Numbered from the stretch's first letter, positions 1 through 7,306 are shown. The stretch is 8,024 nt of DNA from Nitrososphaerota archaeon (GCA_002713205.1 PAVW01000012.1:9234-17257); one strand, 5' to 3'. The notes: a model not told the origin generated them from the sequence alone. A program made the numbers and translations.

Positions 1-1328
1 CACCTACATATCATTTCAACACTGCCGTTCGTGAACATGTTCTTGTTTATCCTCAGAATCCATTAGTTGATACTCGTGCTACCTCTCTTCTGAATCTTGA
101 CAAAAGACCGACTGGACAAAACTGTGTGGTTGCAATTATGTCATTTGAAGGATATAATATTGAAGATGCAATAGTTATGAATAAATCATCTATACAGCGT
201 GGTCTTGCACGATCTTTCTTTTATCGGCTTTATAATGGAGAAGCAAAACAATACCTTGGCGGTATGCATGATAATTTTGAAATACCTACAGCTGATGAAA
301 ATACTCGTGGTTACAGAGGTGAAAAACATTATCGATTATTGGAGAGTGATGGAGTGATAATGCATGAATCAATTGTTACAGGCGGAGATGTAATACTTGG
401 TAGAACTAGTCCTCCTAGATTTATGGAAGAATATAAACGATTTGAAGTAAAAGGTCCTTACCGAAGAGATACTTCTATAGCTGTTAGATCATCAGAATTT
501 GGTGTTGTTGATTCTGTATTTATGACAGAAAATGAAGACGGAGAAAAATTATATAAAATTCGAGTAAGGGATATGAGAATTCCTGAAATTGGTGATAAGT
601 TTGCTTCTCGACATGGTCAAAAAGGAGTGGTTGGATTATTAGTTGATCAAGAAAATATGCCATATAGTGAAGATGGTATTGTTCCTGATATAATTATAAA
701 TCCGCATGCTTTTCCTTCTCGAATGACTGTTGGTCAATTTATTGAATCAATTGGAGGTAAAACTGCTTCTTATCGAGGATCTCCTGTTGATGGAACTACA
801 TTTGCTGCTGAAGATGTAATTGATTTAGGAATTGAATTGGAAAAATACGGATTTAAAAAAAGTGGTTGTGAGGTAATGTATGACGGTAGAACTGGTAAAA
901 AATTTAAAACGGACATTTTTATTGGCGTTGTTTATTATCAGAAATTACACCACATGGTTTCGGATAAAATGCATGCAAGAGCTCGAGGACAAATCCAAAT
1001 GTTAACAAAACAACCAACTGAAGGTCGAGCTAGAGGTGGCGGGCTTCGATTTGGTGAAATGGAACGAGATTGTTTGATTGCTTATGGTGCTTCAATGGTT
1101 CTAAAAGATCGATTGCTTGATGAATCTGATCGTACAAATATTAATGTTTGTGATAAATGCGGTTTGATTGCTTTTTATGATAATCTACAAAGAAAATATT
1201 TGTGCAAAGTAGATGGGGATTCTTCTACAATTTCTACTGTTACTATTGCATATGCATTTAAATTACTTCTTCAGGAAATGATGAGTTTGAACATAGCTCC
1301 TCGTTTACTTACCTCTGGAAAGGTGTAA
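1..1328 (+). CDS. rpoB: DNA-directed RNA polymerase subunit B (Rpo2), C-terminal ~440 codons; the 5' end lies upstream of the window
   Basis: Frame 3 is open from nt 3 (PTYHFNTAVREHVLVYPQNPLVDTRATSLLNLDKRPTGQNCVVAIMSFEGYNIEDA...). This is conserved RpoB sequence, so the GTG at 126 in the ORF track is not the real start. Hallmark motifs are GDKFASRHGQKG, INPHAFPSRMTVGQ, YYQKLHHMVSDKMHARARG and GGLRFGEMERDCLIAYGAS. The C-terminus has a CxxC Zn-ribbon followed by AYAFKLLLQEMMSLNIAPRL. Stop is TAA at 1326-1328. Confidence 0.95.
   Translation, partial: PTYHFNTAVREHVLVYPQNPLVDTRATSLLNLDKRPTGQNCVVAIMSFEGYNIEDAIVMNKSSIQRGLARSFFYRLYNGEAKQYLGGMHDNFEIPTADENTRGYRGEKHYRLLESDGVIMHESIVTGGDVILGRTSPPRFMEEYKRFEVKGPYRRDTSIAVRSSEFGVVDSVFMTENEDGEKLYKIRVRDMRIPEIGDKFASRHGQKGVVGLLVDQENMPYSEDGIVPDIIINPHAFPSRMTVGQFIESIGGKTASYRGSPVDGTTFAAEDVIDLGIELEKYGFKKSGCEVMYDGRTGKKFKTDIFIGVVYYQKLHHMVSDKMHARARGQIQMLTKQPTEGRARGGGLRFGEMERDCLIAYGASMVLKDRLLDESDRTNINVCDKCGLIAFYDNLQRKYLCKVDGDSSTISTVTIAYAFKLLLQEMMSLNIAPRLLTSGKV
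1320..1325 (+). promoter_or_regulatory. SD-like ribosome binding site for rpoA, embedded in the last codons of rpoB
   Basis: AAGGTG lies 7 nt upstream of ATG 1333. It is complementary to the conserved archaeal 16S 3' end (..GAUCACCUCC). The 4-nt gap between genes suggests translational coupling. Confidence 0.6.
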
Positions 1329-1332
1329 CTTT

Positions 1333-4300
1333 ATGTCTTCTTTTGTAGATCTTAAAGAAATTACTGGAATTCAATTTTCTCTTTTTTCTCCTAGTGAAAT
1401 GAGAAAATATTCTGTTACTGAGATAACTGCTCCTGAAACTTATGATGAAGATGGTATGCCAGTGCAAGGTGGTCTTATGGATAATAGATTGGGTACTCTT
1501 GAACCCGGTCAGAAATGTGCAACTTGTGGTAATACTGCACTCCGCTGTCCTGGACATTTCGGCCATATTGAATTGGCTGAACCGGTAATACATATCGCCT
1601 TTTCCGAATATGTGAATAAATTATTACATGGTTTTTGTCGTGTTTGTGGTAGAATTAAATTAAACGATGAAGAAATTCAAATGTTTAAATCTCGTATAGA
1701 TTCAGAAGCTCCATTTAATCCAAAAATTAAAATGAAAATTGCTCGACAAATTTTCTTAAAAACCAAAAAAATAATGCTTTGTCCACATTGTGGTACCGAT
1801 CAATATCCTATAGAATTCGTAAAACCAACTATTTTTCATGAAATAATTCCCACTTCTGAAAAAACTGGTGGAGCAACACGATTATTGCCAAGTGCTATAA
1901 GAGAACGATTAGAAAGAATTACTGATGATGATTTAACCATAATTAATTTCAATTCAGTGTTAAATTCTGATGGATTGAGAACAATTCGACCTGAATGGTT
2001 TGTTTTACAAGTTCTTGGCGTTCCTCCTGTTGTTGTTAGACCATCTATAACTTTAGAATCAGGAATTCGTTCTGAAGACGATTTAACTCATAAAACTGTT
2101 GATATCTTACGAGTAAATCAACGTGTAAGAGAAAGTAAGGAATCCGGTACTCCTCCATTGATAGTTCAAGATTTAGTTGATTTATTACAATACCACGTCA
2201 CTACATTTTTTGATAATGAAGTTTCTGGCATTCCTCAATCTCATCATAGATCTGGTAGACCATTGAAAACTATAAGCCAGAGATTAAAAGGAAAAGAAGG
2301 AAGATTCCGTGGAAGTTTATCTGGCAAAAGAGTTGATTTTTCTGCACGTACAGTAATTTCACCTGATCCTAGTTTGGATATATCAGATGTTGGTATTCCA
2401 TTGGATGTAGCTAAGAGGCTTACAATACCTGAAAAATTTTCTAAATGGAATTCTGATTTCCTTAACTCATTGATCTTAAATGGTCCAGATGTACATCCTG
2501 GTGCAAATTATATTATTCGACCTGATGGAGTTAAAATTAGACTCGATTATGTCGAAGATAAAGAAACTCTACTTGGCACTTTAACTGATGGTTTTATCAT
2601 TGAAAGACATCTTTTAGATGGCGATGTAGTGATTTTCAATAGACAACCTTCGCTTCATCGTATGTCTGTAATGGCACATACTGTTAGAGTTTTGCCATAT
2701 CGTACATTCCGTTTACATCCTGCTGTTTGTCCTCCTTATAATGCCGATTTTGATGGCGATGAAATGAATCTTCATGTTCCTCAGAGTGAAGAAGCACGTT
2801 CTGAAGCACTTACTTTAATGCGCGTTCATGAACAAATAGTTTCACCTAGATATGGAGGACCTATTATTGGAGGCATCCGTGATTATATTTCTGCTGCTTA
2901 TTTACTCACTTCAGATGATACTTTTCTTGAACCATCTGAATTTTGTGATCTTGCATTAGAAGGTGGTTATAATGGTATTTTACCTGAACCTGTAAAAACT
3001 AATCCTTCATTATATAGTGGAAAACAACTCTTTTCTTTATTTTTACCCAAGAATTTCAGCTATCAAATGATGTCTAAATGGAATAGTGCTAGTCAAAATA
3101 ATAAAAATAATGATATCTTAATCCGGCAAGGTGAACTTATTAGTGGTGTAATTGATCGTGCAGCCATTGGTTCTGAAGAACCCGATTCTATCTTGCATAG
3201 AATTGCTAAAGATTATGGTTCTGAGGATGCAAGACAGTTTCTTAATTCAGTTCTTTCAGTTTTAAGAGCATATATTACTAATATTGGGTTTTCTTTTAGT
3301 TTTGACGAATTAGTATTAGATAATTCTGCTGTAAAAAAAGTTTCGAAGAACATTGATGATTCATATCATAAAGTTGATGAATTAATAAATCAATATGAAA
3401 ATAACACTCTGCCTCTAACAAAAGGATTGCAACCTCAAGAAGCTTTAGAAGCTTATATAGTAAATGAATTAGCAAAAGCACGTGATAAAGTTGGTCGTGT
3501 ATCCGACGCTGAATTACCTATAACTAGTTCAGGAGTTATTATGGCAAGAACAGGTGCAAGAGGCTCAAGTTTAAATCTTGGACAAATGACTGCTGCATTG
3601 GGCCAACAATCAGTTCGTGGAAAACGAATTCAAAATGGATATAATCAAAGGGCACTTAGCCATTTTCCAATTGGTGATTCTTCTCCTGACGCTCGTGGAT
3701 TTGTAAAATCAAATTATAGAACTGGTTTGTCTCCTACTGAATTTTTCTTTCATGCAATGGGAGGACGAGAGGGACTTGTTGATACTGCAGTTAGAACCCA
3801 ACAGAGCGGGTACATGCAGCGTAGATTAATCAATGCCCTTGAACATATTAAAGTAGAATATGATGGAACGGTTAGAGATCCACATGGAAATGTAATTCAG
3901 TTCCTTTATGGCGAAGATGGAATAGATCCTGCAAAAAGTGATCATGGAAGCCCTGTAAATATTGAACGATTAGTTGAAACTACTCTCATTGACTATTCAT
4001 CCAGTATAAATCCAACTCAATCAGAAATTGATTCTGTTTTAAAGCCATATTTATTAAAATTTAATAAAAAAATGTTAGAAAATTTGCAAAATGCTTTTTC
4101 TAAACATAAGTTATCTAAATCAGGCATGAAGTTTATTCTTAAGAAGGCTTTAATTTCAGTAAATAATGCAATGGTGGAAGCTGGTGAAGCAAGTGGGATT
4201 ATAGCAGCGCAATCCATTGGTGAACCTGGAACTCAAATGACGCTTAGGACTTTTCACTTTGCTGGTATTAAAGAACGGGACGTCACATTGGGTCTGCCAA

Positions 4301-5151
4301 GATTGATTGAATTAGTTGATGCTAGAAAAGTACCTGCTACGCCTACTATGACTGTTTATCTTGAAAAATCTAAAAGATCTTCTCAAAGCAAAGCATTGGA
4401 ATTTGCAAAGAAATTACAACACACTATTATTGGTGATTTAGTTTCTCATACCGAGGTGGATTATTTATCAGGCGTTAACCTGATTTTTAACCCAAGTACA
4501 CTTGAAGAACGTAACATTACATTATCTGAAATCCAAGAAACTTTAGAAGCTAATAAACGTGAATGTGCACCGAATCCAAAAACAAATTCCATTATGATTG
4601 TTGTTGAAGATAGTGATGTATCAACATTATATACATTAAGAAATAAGTTATTATCTCTTACAGTAGCAGGTATACCTGGAATTTCAAATTTAACTATCGT
4701 TAAAGAAGATAAAGAATGGGTTATAACAACTTCTGGTTCTAATCTTAATAAGGTGTTCAAAATGGAAGGTGTTGATAAAACACGTACTACTACTAATAAC
4801 ATCTGGGAAATTGCGAGTGTATTGGGAATTGAAGCTGCACGTAATGTATTGGTTAACGAAATAACCGATACTCTTGATGAACAAGGACTCGAGGTAGACA
4901 TACGTCATATTTTATTAGTTTCCGATCTTATGACATCTACAGGTAATATTAAATCAATTGGCAGACATGGAATTGCTGGAACAAAAGAAAGTGTTTTAGC
5001 CCGTGCAGCTTTTGAAATTACAGTACCTACTTTAGCTAGTGCGTCAGTTACTGGTGAAATTGAAAAATTACTTGGTGTTACAGAAAACGTTATTGTTGGA
5101 TTACCAGTCCCTGTTGGAACAGGAATTATTGATCTTTTTATGAGACGGTAA
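1333..5151 (+). CDS. rpoA: DNA-directed RNA polymerase largest subunit (Rpo1), unsplit: A'-equivalent (~aa 1-885) and A''-equivalent (~aa 890-1272) in one ORF
   Basis: ATG at 1333 lies 4 nt after the rpoB stop, with AGGTG at 1321-1325 as a Shine-Dalgarno (SD) site. N-terminal Zn sites are CATCGNTALRCPGH and CRVCG...CPHCG. The catalytic NADFDGDEMN motif is at nt 2740-2769. The bridge helix is GARGSSLNLGQMTAALGQQSVRGKR, followed by GGREGLVDTAVRTQQSGYMQRRL. The trigger loop GEPGTQMTLRTFHFAG at nt 4219-4266 is normally the signature of the separate A'' gene, here followed by LGLPRLIELVDARK. There is no stop or frame change anywhere between the A' and A'' signatures. Confidence 0.95.
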   Translation: MSSFVDLKEITGIQFSLFSPSEMRKYSVTEITAPETYDEDGMPVQGGLMDNRLGTLEPGQKCATCGNTALRCPGHFGHIELAEPVIHIAFSEYVNKLLHGFCRVCGRIKLNDEEIQMFKSRIDSEAPFNPKIKMKIARQIFLKTKKIMLCPHCGTDQYPIEFVKPTIFHEIIPTSEKTGGATRLLPSAIRERLERITDDDLTIINFNSVLNSDGLRTIRPEWFVLQVLGVPPVVVRPSITLESGIRSEDDLTHKTVDILRVNQRVRESKESGTPPLIVQDLVDLLQYHVTTFFDNEVSGIPQSHHRSGRPLKTISQRLKGKEGRFRGSLSGKRVDFSARTVISPDPSLDISDVGIPLDVAKRLTIPEKFSKWNSDFLNSLILNGPDVHPGANYIIRPDGVKIRLDYVEDKETLLGTLTDGFIIERHLLDGDVVIFNRQPSLHRMSVMAHTVRVLPYRTFRLHPAVCPPYNADFDGDEMNLHVPQSEEARSEALTLMRVHEQIVSPRYGGPIIGGIRDYISAAYLLTSDDTFLEPSEFCDLALEGGYNGILPEPVKTNPSLYSGKQLFSLFLPKNFSYQMMSKWNSASQNNKNNDILIRQGELISGVIDRAAIGSEEPDSILHRIAKDYGSEDARQFLNSVLSVLRAYITNIGFSFSFDELVLDNSAVKKVSKNIDDSYHKVDELINQYENNTLPLTKGLQPQEALEAYIVNELAKARDKVGRVSDAELPITSSGVIMARTGARGSSLNLGQMTAALGQQSVRGKRIQNGYNQRALSHFPIGDSSPDARGFVKSNYRTGLSPTEFFFHAMGGREGLVDTAVRTQQSGYMQRRLINALEHIKVEYDGTVRDPHGNVIQFLYGEDGIDPAKSDHGSPVNIERLVETTLIDYSSSINPTQSEIDSVLKPYLLKFNKKMLENLQNAFSKHKLSKSGMKFILKKALISVNNAMVEAGEASGIIAAQSIGEPGTQMTLRTFHFAGIKERDVTLGLPRLIELVDARKVPATPTMTVYLEKSKRSSQSKALEFAKKLQHTIIGDLVSHTEVDYLSGVNLIFNPSTLEERNITLSEIQETLEANKRECAPNPKTNSIMIVVEDSDVSTLYTLRNKLLSLTVAGIPGISNLTIVKEDKEWVITTSGSNLNKVFKMEGVDKTRTTTNNIWEIASVLGIEAARNVLVNEITDTLDEQGLEVDIRHILLVSDLMTSTGNIKSIGRHGIAGTKESVLARAAFEITVPTLASASVTGEIEKLLGVTENVIVGLPVPVGTGIIDLFMRR

Positions 5152-5156
5152 TTGTT

Positions 5157-5468
5157 ATGAATACTAAATTACTTTCCAAATCTTTAAAAAATATTATAAC
5201 AAATGGGAAAATTAAATATGGTTTCAAACAAACCGTAAAGTCTATTGAAAATAAACAATCAAAATTTGTAGTATGTTCTTCTTCTATTTCGGATTTACAA
5301 TTTACACAATTAAACGATATTTGTACTCAATTTTCGATTCCAATTTTCCAAATTCCTGACAATTCTATATTAACTGGTAAACTTATAAAAAAATCATTTC
5401 GAATATCTGCATTTTCGATTATTAATGCTAATGATACTGATATTGAACAACTAAAAAATACTTTTTAA
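5157..5468 (+). CDS. rpl30e: Ribosomal protein eL30 (L30e, L7Ae/L30e family)
   Basis: The product is 103 aa. The pattern NGKIKYGFKQTVKSIENKQSKFVVCSS...IPIFQ...LTGKLIKKSFRISAFSII matches the L30e layout (TGK-x3-G-x-K...K-x-KLVV...IP...ELG-x3-GKPF-x-V). It occupies the conserved position directly after rpoA in archaeal rpo clusters. The sequence is divergent, so confidence is lower. Confidence 0.8.
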   Translation: MNTKLLSKSLKNIITNGKIKYGFKQTVKSIENKQSKFVVCSSSISDLQFTQLNDICTQFSIPIFQIPDNSILTGKLIKKSFRISAFSIINANDTDIEQLKNTF

Positions 5469-5480
5469 TTCATGACAACA

Positions 5481-5499
5481 TTAAAATATTATATTTTTT
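5481..5499 (+). promoter_or_regulatory. Candidate archaeal TATA-box region (ttaaaatattatat) followed by a T6 run, upstream of nusA
   Basis: This is the A/T-rich TATA-like element in the 47-nt rpl30e-nusA spacer. It is centred roughly 25-30 nt upstream of TTG 5516. No SD-like sequence lies between it and the start codon. The T6 run (5494-5499) could instead be a weak oligo-T terminator for the upstream unit. In AT-rich DNA such matches arise easily by chance. Confidence 0.25.
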
Positions 5500-5515
5500 C
5501 TCATAAAACCAATAA

Positions 5516-5968
5516 TTGAAGAAATTTTTAACCACTACGATAAAAATAACATCTGAAGAATTTGCTTTAATGTCATTATTTCAAAAAATTTCTGGTGCTA
5601 TGGCTAGAGATTGTATTCTTGATAATAAACTTAATCGAGTGATTTTTCTTGTTAATCGAGGTGAAATGGGTCTTGCTATAGGTAAAAAAGGTGAATCAAT
5701 AAAAAAGCTTGAAAAAAATATTATGAAAGATGTTGAATTAGTCGAGTATTCTGATGATCCCAAAGAATTGATACGTAATGCTTTACATTCAAAATTTATT
5801 GATCAAATACAAATTAATGAAAAATCTAATGGAAAATCTTCTGCTACAGTTAAAGTAGCTGCAAAAAAAACTGGTGCGACAGTTGGTAAATCTGGTCGAA
5901 ATGCAGAAAAGGCTCGTATCATCATAAAAAGATATTTTGAAATCTCGAAATTGAAGATTACTGACTAA
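5516..5968 (+). CDS. nusA: Archaeal NusA-like transcription termination/antitermination factor homolog (two KH domains)
   Basis: The product is 150 aa. ITSEEFALMSLFQKISGAMARDCILDNKLNRVIFLVNRGEMGLAIGKKGESIKKLEK...VELVEYSDDPKELIRNAL and a second KH motif GATVGKSGRNAEKARIIIKRYF match the short archaeal NusA family. It sits in the conserved position between L30e and S12. The start is TTG at 5516, immediately after an in-frame TAA. The conserved N-terminus (IKITSEE) lies upstream of the first ATG, so the TTG is required. Confidence 0.85.
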   Translation: MKKFLTTTIKITSEEFALMSLFQKISGAMARDCILDNKLNRVIFLVNRGEMGLAIGKKGESIKKLEKNIMKDVELVEYSDDPKELIRNALHSKFIDQIQINEKSNGKSSATVKVAAKKTGATVGKSGRNAEKARIIIKRYFEISKLKITD

Positions 5969-5984
5969 TGCTATTATGAAAGTT

Positions 5985-6010
5985 ACATTTATTATTATGC
6001 TTTAATTATA
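5985..6010 (+). promoter_or_regulatory. Candidate promoter region for the rps12-rps7-rps3ae unit (TATA-like acatttattattatgctttaattata)
   Basis: It lies in the 84-nt nusA-rps12 spacer (5969-6052), the longest non-coding gap in the window. Two overlapping TTTAWTA-like elements sit 45-65 nt upstream of ATG 6053. A weak AAGGA (6037-6041) could serve as an SD. In several studied archaea the S12/S7 unit has its own promoter. Sequence evidence alone is weak in AT-rich DNA. Confidence 0.25.
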
Positions 6011-6052
6011 ACTATAAGTCTATGATATTGATAATCAAGGATTGTGTAAATT

Positions 6053-6493
6053 ATGGGACGTAAATCACCAATAGGCGAGTTTGCAGCAAGACAGCTACAT
6101 ACTAAAAGAAAACGTCTTCTTTGGTCTGATTCTTATTACAAACGTAAAGCCCTTAAACTTGATATAAAATCAGATCCTCTTGCAGGTTCCCCACAAGCAC
6201 GTGGTATTGTTTTAGAAAAAGTCGGTGTTGAATCTAAACAACCTAATTCTGCAATTCGTAAATGCGTTAGAATACAATTAATTAAAAATGGAAAACAAGT
6301 TACCGCATTTTTGCCCGGTGATGGCGCATTGAATTTTATTGATGAACATGATGAAGTTAATGTTGAAGGAATTGGTGGTTCTACTGGTGGTGCTATGGGT
6401 GATCTTCCAGGTGTTCGATGGCAAGTCTACAAAGTTAATGATGTCTCTCTTAATGAACTCGTTTATGGGAGAAAAGAAAAACCACGAAGGTAA
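6053..6493 (+). CDS. rps12: Ribosomal protein uS12 (archaeal S12 / eukaryotic S23 type)
   Basis: The product is 146 aa. It reads [57 protein letters not shown]...[31 protein letters not shown], which is near-canonical archaeal uS12 along its whole length. Start is ATG at 6053 and stop is TAA at 6491-6493. Confidence 0.96.
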   Translation: MGRKSPIGEFAARQLHTKRKRLLWSDSYYKRKALKLDIKSDPLAGSPQARGIVLEKVGVESKQPNSAIRKCVRIQLIKNGKQVTAFLPGDGALNFIDEHDEVNVEGIGGSTGGAMGDLPGVRWQVYKVNDVSLNELVYGRKEKPRR

Positions 6494-6494
6494 T
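6487..6494 (+). promoter_or_regulatory. SD-like ribosome binding site for rps7, overlapping the rps12 stop codon
   Basis: AAGGTAAT resembles the SD consensus GAGGTGAT, with GGT 10 nt before TTG 6502. A similar GGTAAT overlaps the rpoA stop ahead of rpl30e (5147-5152). Confidence 0.5.
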
Positions 6495-6501
6495 TGTAAT
6501 A

Positions 6502-7284
6502 TTGCTTACTGAAAATAAACCAATAGTCGATCTTGATGAAAAAGTTATTCCAGAAAAGACTACAGAACCCAAAGTCGATCTTGATGAAAAAGTTATTCCA
6601 GAAAAGACTACAGAACCCAAAGTCGATCTTGATGAAAAAGTTATTCCAGAAAAGACTACGAAACCTAAGTCTATTCGTCCAAAACCAAAATCTGAACTTA
6701 ATTTATTACTATTCAGAAAATGGGATTTTAGTTCAGTTGAAGTAAATGACTTTGGACTTAAAGATGTTATTTTTCTCCAACCGACTATTATTCCTACATC
6801 TTTTGGTCGACATGAACATAAACGGTTTGCAAAATCTCGTGTAAATATTGTCGAACGTTTGATAAATAATTTGATGCATTTTGGTAAAAGAAAGGCGAAA
6901 AATTCTGGTAGAATGGGAGGAAAAAAACAAAAAAGTATGAATATTGTGAAATCTGCATTCCAGATTATTGAATTAGAAACTAATTCAAATCCTATTGAGC
7001 AATTAGTCCGAGCAATTGAAAATGCCGCTCCTAATGAAGATACCACTACAATTGCTTATGGTGGTGTTCGGTATCATGTATCGGTTGATATATCTCCACA
7101 ACGACGTGTGGATTTAGCTCTTCGTTTTATATCATTAGCTGTTCGTGAAACATCTTTTTCTACTCAAAAAAGCGCAGAAGAAATTTTAGCTTTAGAACTT
7201 ATTTTAGCGGCTAAAAATGATTCAAATAGCTTTTCAATAAAAAAGAAATTTGAACAAGAACGTATGGCTATGTCTGCTAGATAG
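6502..7284 (+). CDS. rps7: Ribosomal protein uS7 (archaeal S7 / eukaryotic S5 type) with a ~65-aa repeat-containing N-terminal extension
   Basis: The conserved body starts near LLLFRKWDFSSVEVND. It continues ...FGRHEHKRFAKSRVNIVERLINNLMHFGKR...NPIEQLVRAIENAAPNEDTTTIAYGGVRYHVSVDISPQRRVDLALRFI...ERMAMSAR. TTG at 6502 is the only canonical in-frame start upstream of the conserved body. It is preceded by AAGGTAAT (6487-6494), which overlaps the rps12 stop. The product is 260 aa, against roughly 190-215 aa for typical archaeal uS7 as I recall. Confidence 0.9.
   Translation: MLTENKPIVDLDEKVIPEKTTEPKVDLDEKVIPEKTTEPKVDLDEKVIPEKTTKPKSIRPKPKSELNLLLFRKWDFSSVEVNDFGLKDVIFLQPTIIPTSFGRHEHKRFAKSRVNIVERLINNLMHFGKRKAKNSGRMGGKKQKSMNIVKSAFQIIELETNSNPIEQLVRAIENAAPNEDTTTIAYGGVRYHVSVDISPQRRVDLALRFISLAVRETSFSTQKSAEEILALELILAAKNDSNSFSIKKKFEQERMAMSAR
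6526..6669 (+). repeat. In-frame tandem repeat, 3 x 48 bp, encoding (VDLDEKVIPEKTTEPK)x3 inside the uS7 N-terminal extension
   Basis: Copy 1 (6526-6573) and copy 2 (6574-6621) are both gtcgatcttgatgaaaaagttattccagaaaagactacagaacccaaa and are identical at all 48 positions. Copy 3 (6622-6669) differs at 4 positions, all in its last 10 nt: 3 synonymous changes and one Glu to Lys. Weaker similarity extends a few nt upstream of 6526 (aaccaata vs aacccaaa). Confidence 0.97.
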
Positions 7285-7306
7285 TTTCTATGATGAATTA
7301 TTTGAT

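Noticed and set aside
126-128. GTG at 126, given as the start of the first ORF in the track.
   Set aside because: The frame is open back to nt 3, and the upstream translation (…YPQNPLVDTRATSLLNLDKRPTGQNCVVAIM…) is conserved RpoB sequence. The gene is 5'-truncated by the window and does not start here.
1309-1593. Short minus-strand ORFs overlapping the + strand genes: 1309-1593, 3296-3481, 4017-4217, 4461-4901, 4690-4908, 5581-5763, 6733-6930 and 7164-7385.
   Set aside because: All are antisense to strongly supported conserved genes. They encode low-complexity or hydrophobic nonsense with no motifs, and two of them overlap each other. These are typical shadow ORFs.
1333-5151. Possible intein, large insertion or pseudogene fusion accounting for the long rpoA ORF.
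   Set aside because: The total length (1272 aa) is about what A'+A'' sum to. No intein splice-junction or endonuclease-like block is visible, and conserved motifs appear in canonical order and spacing. The length comes from the fusion itself, not from an insertion.
5863-5870. Homopolymer A-runs inside coding regions, considered as programmed frameshift or phase-variation sites: A8 at 5863-5870 in nusA, A7 at 6921-6927 in rps7, and similar runs in rpoB and rps3ae.
   Set aside because: All are read through in frame to give conserved Lys-rich sequence. No alternative-frame extension is evident, and A-runs are expected in AT-rich genomes.
5976-6005. A 9-codon micro-ORF (MKVTFIIML) in the nusA-rps12 spacer, considered as a possible leader peptide.
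   Set aside because: It has no SD and no obvious attenuator-like structure around it. Such an ORF is expected by chance in AT-rich spacer DNA.
6526-6669. The tandem repeats at 6526-6669 and 7945-8024, considered as CRISPR arrays or other non-coding repeat elements.
   Set aside because: The units are directly adjacent with no spacers. Their lengths are multiples of 3, and they lie in frame inside ribosomal protein ORFs. They are coding minisatellites, not CRISPR.
6533-6745. A 70-aa ORF in an alternative + frame across the rps7 repeat (MMKKLFQKRLQNPKSIL x3).
   Set aside because: It is completely nested within the uS7 reading frame, and it exists only because the repeated unit lacks stops in that frame. 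It has no independent SD and no conserved protein features.
6450-7046. A 198-aa ORF on the minus strand, antisense to the rps12 3' end and the first two-thirds of rps7. It includes a translated version of the 48-bp repeat (GITFSSRSTLGSVVFS x3).
   Set aside because: It lies entirely within the conserved uS12 and uS7 coding sequence on the opposite strand. Its product is low-complexity and hydrophobic, with no recognisable motif. The repeat merely happens to be open in several frames, so this is most likely a shadow ORF. It is unusually long for AT-rich DNA, so strand-specific RNA-seq or Ribo-seq could still be checked.
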